Of a stretch of DNA of 20,214 nucleotides, positions 16,709-20,214 are shown in pieces. Position numbers and translations under genes: made by a program. The notes beneath the pieces were generated by a model. That model did not search any database. It was not told the origin of the DNA and worked only from the letters and a program-made list of their open reading frames with translations. The number at the start of each line of letters is the position of its first letter. Positions within the stretch are counted from its first letter, which is position 1. This DNA is from Candidatus Thorarchaeota archaeon (GTDB lineage: Archaea > Asgardarchaeota > Thorarchaeia > Thorarchaeales > Thorarchaeaceae), in NCBI GenBank assembly GCA_038893995.1, contig JAWAQK010000045.1, forward strand, positions 1-20,214, given 5' to 3'.

Positions 16709-17636
16709 CTATGAAGTCAGACGGATCTCATCCAAGGCGCTCAGTAACATAGCACAGTGGCTTCGGATATCATCGGACAGTGACTTCACGGGCTGCTCGG
16801 GTGTCTGCGTTGAAAGAGTGTGCACCGCTCCTTGACGATCGAATACTGTCTTTGCAAACATTGGTGCGAGGAAAATCCCACACCGAGCAAGGATGCTGTC
16901 TACATCTGTTGCCAACATCGAAAACCCGAAACAAGCAACTATGACAGTGTGAGCAAACTCTCAATGTCTCGACCAAGCGTGAGGAGCCCGATCCATAGCA
17001 CAGTCACGCTTTCTGCCATCCAGAGGAGCCGGATCAAGTCAGGTAGGTAGAGGGTTTCATAGGATTGGGGTGGCGACCAGAGGAACACCATCGACCCAGG
17101 GATCAAGAGCAGAAGTTGCTCATAGGCCCCGTAGTGTTCCGTGACACACACGAGGGCCGCAATTACAGATGCAACGGGGTGAGTTGTTGCTGCAAGAGGA
17201 GGAAGTATGACAAGAAGACCATTTTCTGCGTGTTCTCATAAGATGCAGAGTCAGTGCTATGAGGAAATACGTCATTCCGTCTGGGCTTGGTTCGCCTGCA
17301 CAGAAGGACGATGGCCCTCGTTACCGTCAGGAACATGGTTCCAACAATGAATCTGCGATCGCCAGCTCCATTGACCAGATACACAGGGAGTGAGGCGAGT
17401 GCGACTACGACGACATTCAGAGAGTGGAGCGCCAATGGGCTTCCGCCGAGCAGACCAGCAACGAGGGGTACAAGTATCCTCTTTCCAGACGGATCTGACG
17501 CCGCCAACCCGTTGGCCACGTCTACATTGTAGGCAAAGTCACTGACAGGGGGCTCGGTTGGAGTTCCAGAAGTCAAGGAGAAGACAATACCAAGACAGGT
17601 GACAAGCCCAAGAGGTATATTGTCGAGGTCGCGCAC
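16709..17636 (-). pseudogene. Frameshifted polytopic membrane protein gene, possibly GT-C-like
   Basis: A coherent hydrophobic protein can be assembled from four frame segments with shifts near 17302, 17221 and 16950. Confidence 0.7.
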
Positions 17637-17761
17637 TGACCTCGGAGGGGGAGATCAATAAGGGGATCCATTAGTCAGCCATCGTCCGACTTGGCCAGGT
17701 GACGTTTCAGACTCAAGTATCCATCTCTGAACTGAACAGTTCGTCCGTCTGTCGAAACGTA

Positions 17762-17876
17762 ACCAGTCGTACTCTCCCGACTGGCTGCTCCAGAAGTTAC
17801 ACTTCGAGCGTCAGGCAAGAGTTAAAATATGGGGGCAGACACCCATAACCTGGAGCAGTCTGGTAAGGAGACTGGT
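17762..17876 (+). promoter_or_regulatory. Long imperfect inverted repeat around the promoter and RBS of the 6-TM gene
   Basis: CTGCTCCAG (17785-17793)/CTGGAGCAG (17850-17858); CCAGTCG/CGACTGG hairpin (17763-17784); TATA-like TTAAAATA at 17822-17829; AAGGAG at 17865-17870. Confidence 0.45.
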
Positions 17877-17881
17877 GCATC

Positions 17882-18496
17882 ATGAGACTTACAGCTATTA
17901 ACATAGTCGTTTCGACCATTTCGCTCGCAATGGTCGGGGTCACGGTCCTGATGGACTGGCTTCAGGACTCTGGCACGTTGACAGCAAACATAGCCTTCTA
18001 TGCATGGATAGGGGCTGCAGCAACCTTCGCCATCGCCCTATTGATGAGTATTGTAAACACATTCACTGAAGTGACTGGCTTTGTCCACCCCGAGGACAAA
18101 CTCGTGTGTAACATGCTTGTCTTCCTGGTGGCAATATCGACGACGCTGACTCTGGGAGTTCTCACGGAGGGCATGCCATACCAGTACCATCTCTACACCA
18201 TTGCGTCCATGATACTGATCGCCTACGTATTCCTGTTCGTCTTCGTCTACTTCAGCAGGGCGATCACACATGGTGGAGAGATGGGTCAGGTGAAAGAGAT
18301 GACTGCAAGGTTCATGCTCGTCGCCCTCCTGCTGGGTGCGATCATGTCAGGACTTGTTGTACTTCTCGATTACATCTACAACCTGCCCGGTCTTCAGTAC
18401 GGTGGTGCTGCACTGGCCCTGGGTGGATTCTCAACACTTCTCGTTGTGATAATACTGCTGGTGCTGGGACGCCGCTACGAACCGGTCGGCCAGTAG
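17882..18496 (+). CDS. Hypothetical membrane protein with about 6 TM helices
   Basis: 204 aa, six hydrophobic segments with short loops; AAGGAG RBS upstream. Confidence 0.85.
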   Translation: MRLTAINIVVSTISLAMVGVTVLMDWLQDSGTLTANIAFYAWIGAAATFAIALLMSIVNTFTEVTGFVHPEDKLVCNMLVFLVAISTTLTLGVLTEGMPYQYHLYTIASMILIAYVFLFVFVYFSRAITHGGEMGQVKEMTARFMLVALLLGAIMSGLVVLLDYIYNLPGLQYGGAALALGGFSTLLVVIILLVLGRRYEPVGQ

Positions 18497-18714
18497 ACCG
18501 ATGAATGGTGGAGCAAGGGAGGGAGAAGACCTCTCCTGACCGCAACTCCACATCCCTGTTTCTAAGAGATGCGTTTCCCTGACGACGCATCGGTCTGTCT
18601 TCTCATGCTGGAGCATTCAACCATGGATCTAACCACACGATAAGGTGATAAGGCACGTCAGGGTCCTATCCTGTGACCCACGTCAGACTGTTGCTAGGGG
18701 CGAATCACGAGGAG

Positions 18715-20214
18715 ATGCCAGACGGAAAGCTATGGATTGGCCACTACCTAGACAAGGATGGCAATAAGACTGACCAGAAGTTCGAGATAAGTGTGGACCT
18801 GCTCAGGAAGCACGGAGGAGTCTTTGGTTCAACCGGGTCTGGAAAGACAGTCCTATGCAAGGTCATCCTCGAGGAGGCCGCAATGGAGGGAATCCCGGTA
18901 CTGGCGTTCGACCCCCAGGGAGACATAGCCTCACTGATGCTTCCGGGGGACCCTGCTGAGCTGAAGTCAAAGGGAGTAGACCCTGCTCTACTCAAGGAAT
19001 ACATGGAGAAGGTCATCGTCCGAGTCTACACGCCTGCGAGTAGCAAGGGACTTCAGATATCGATCAACCCACTGAAACTCCCCGATAAGGGCGCAGACCC
19101 TGACGACATGATAAGACTACTTGACAACTCTGCGCGCACGCTCGTCAAGGTACTGGCTAAGGTGGCTGGTCTCTCTCAGTCATGGGAGGCCAAGTCATTC
19201 GCCGCCGTCTACGAGCTCATCAGGTCCGCCTGGGAGAGAGACATCAAGATAGGAGGACTCGCTCAGCTCGCAGACCTGCTGGTGGCCGATCCTGAGACTG
19301 CCGGTGTCGATCTCGAACCGTTCATGAGGCTCTCCGAGAGGCAGAAGCTGGCTATTGCAATCCGGAGTCTCACGGTGGGCTCGTCGCAACTCCTCTTTAG
19401 GGAAGAGGGACAGGTCGACTTTGATCAGCTAGTCAAGCCTGTCAACGGCAAGACTCCCATAAACGTCCTCTTCCTCAAGACACTGAGGAGTGAAGAGGAG
19501 AAGCACTTCTTCATCGCAATCGTACTCAATCAGTTGTACTCCTGGATGCTCAGGCAGGGATTCAGCGAGAAGCCACGCCTGATCCTCTTCCAGGACGAGG
19601 CAGCTCCATTCATACCCGCCGGAATGAAGATGCCCGGGCCGAAAGAGACCTTCCTGTTGCTCTTCCGCCAGGCCAGAAAATACGGTATTGAGTGCCTCAT
19701 CGCAACTCAGTCCCCGAAGGATGTCGACTACAAGGCCTTTGAGCAGTTCAACAGCATCGTGGCAGGCAGAATCAGCAGCGAACAGTCACTCAAGGTGCTC
19801 GAGCGTATCCTCGAGCCAATTGCGGGCGAGGCCGACGCCGAGAAGATCATCACTGCTCTCCCTGGCAAGGGCACCGGGACATTCATCTTCACCTCTGCGG
19901 ACCTGAAGCCAAAGGTCAACGACATCACTACCAGATGGTTGCTGACCAGACACACCACCCTCACCGAGAAGGACATCCAGACTCACATGGCAGCCCTGAT
20001 AAAGGAACAGGAGAGGCTGTTCAAGGAGATGGAGAGGGCCCGGATCGAGGAGGAGAAGAGGAGGGAAGAGGAGGAGCGGAGGAGAAGGGAGGAGGAAGAA
20101 CGTAGAAAGGAGGAGGAGAAGAGAAAGAAACAGGAGGAGGAAGAGAGAAAGAGGCAGGAGGAGGAGAGGAGGAGGCAAGAGGAGGAAGAGCGCAGGGCCC
20201 GCGAGGCTGAGCTC
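18715..20214 (+). CDS. HerA/FtsK-superfamily ATPase (DUF87/DUF853-like) with E/R/K-rich single-alpha-helix region; 3'-truncated by the window
   Basis: Translated by hand (absent from the ORF track because there is no stop): MPDGKLWIG...KHGGVFGSTGSGKT (Walker A 18826-18849), FDPQGD, VYTPAS, LFQDEA (Walker B 19585-19602), RQARKYG, ATQSP. 500 codons open; alternative starts GTG 18673 and TTG 18691. Confidence 0.9.
   Translation, partial: MPDGKLWIGHYLDKDGNKTDQKFEISVDLLRKHGGVFGSTGSGKTVLCKVILEEAAMEGIPVLAFDPQGDIASLMLPGDPAELKSKGVDPALLKEYMEKVIVRVYTPASSKGLQISINPLKLPDKGADPDDMIRLLDNSARTLVKVLAKVAGLSQSWEAKSFAAVYELIRSAWERDIKIGGLAQLADLLVADPETAGVDLEPFMRLSERQKLAIAIRSLTVGSSQLLFREEGQVDFDQLVKPVNGKTPINVLFLKTLRSEEEKHFFIAIVLNQLYSWMLRQGFSEKPRLILFQDEAAPFIPAGMKMPGPKETFLLLFRQARKYGIECLIATQSPKDVDYKAFEQFNSIVAGRISSEQSLKVLERILEPIAGEADAEKIITALPGKGTGTFIFTSADLKPKVNDITTRWLLTRHTTLTEKDIQTHMAALIKEQERLFKEMERARIEEEKRREEEERRRREEEERRKEEEKRKKQEEEERKRQEEERRRQEEEERRAREAEL
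20047..20214 (+). repeat. Purine-rich low-complexity coding repeat (E3-4/R,K3-4 blocks)
   Basis: Encodes EEEKRREEEERRRREEEERRKEEEKRKKQEEEERKRQEEERRRQEEEERRAREAEL. Confidence 0.9.

Noticed and set aside
18494-18565. TAG read-through (pyrrolysine) or SECIS role for the downstream structure
   Set aside because: Read-through adds only about 23 residues before TAA, there is no in-frame TGA in the gene, and the AUGA lacks a correctly placed opposing GA.
19786-20178. Leu/Pro-rich 130-aa minus-strand ORF
   Set aside because: Mirror of the GAG/AGG-rich SAH coding sequence.
1-20214. CRISPR array, tRNA, transposase or integrase
   Set aside because: No regularly spaced direct repeats, cloverleaf or recombinase motifs were seen by eye.

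Overview
Archaeal chromosomal window, most likely Asgard (Thorarchaeota-like; inferred from gene content, chiefly an Ost5/TMEM258 homologue, plus GAGG(T)G ribosome-binding sites and TATA-type promoters). It holds about 20 intact CDSs: a degenerate M48-like membrane protein, a COG3357 wHTH/Zn-ribbon protein, a minus-strand operon of Zn-ADH-like protein + Endonuclease Q + small OB-fold protein, a GNAT-like / beta-CASP nuclease / hypothetical / DUF131 cluster, two small Zn-finger proteins, an ASH-Ski2-type helicase, several hypotheticals, a DASS and an MFS transporter, a 6-TM protein, and a HerA/DUF87-type ATPase with an E/R/K single-alpha-helix tail that runs off the window end and is missing from the ORF track. 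There is also one multiply frameshifted membrane-protein pseudogene. Most notable: a ~220-nt candidate stand-alone structured ncRNA with a K-turn and its own TATA box (~700-918, minus strand), the eukaryote-like OST subunit gene, and switch-like structured elements on both sides of the 6-TM gene upstream of the ATPase. No tRNA, rRNA, CRISPR array or transposase was recognised. All assignments are by-eye motif recognition; no searches were run.
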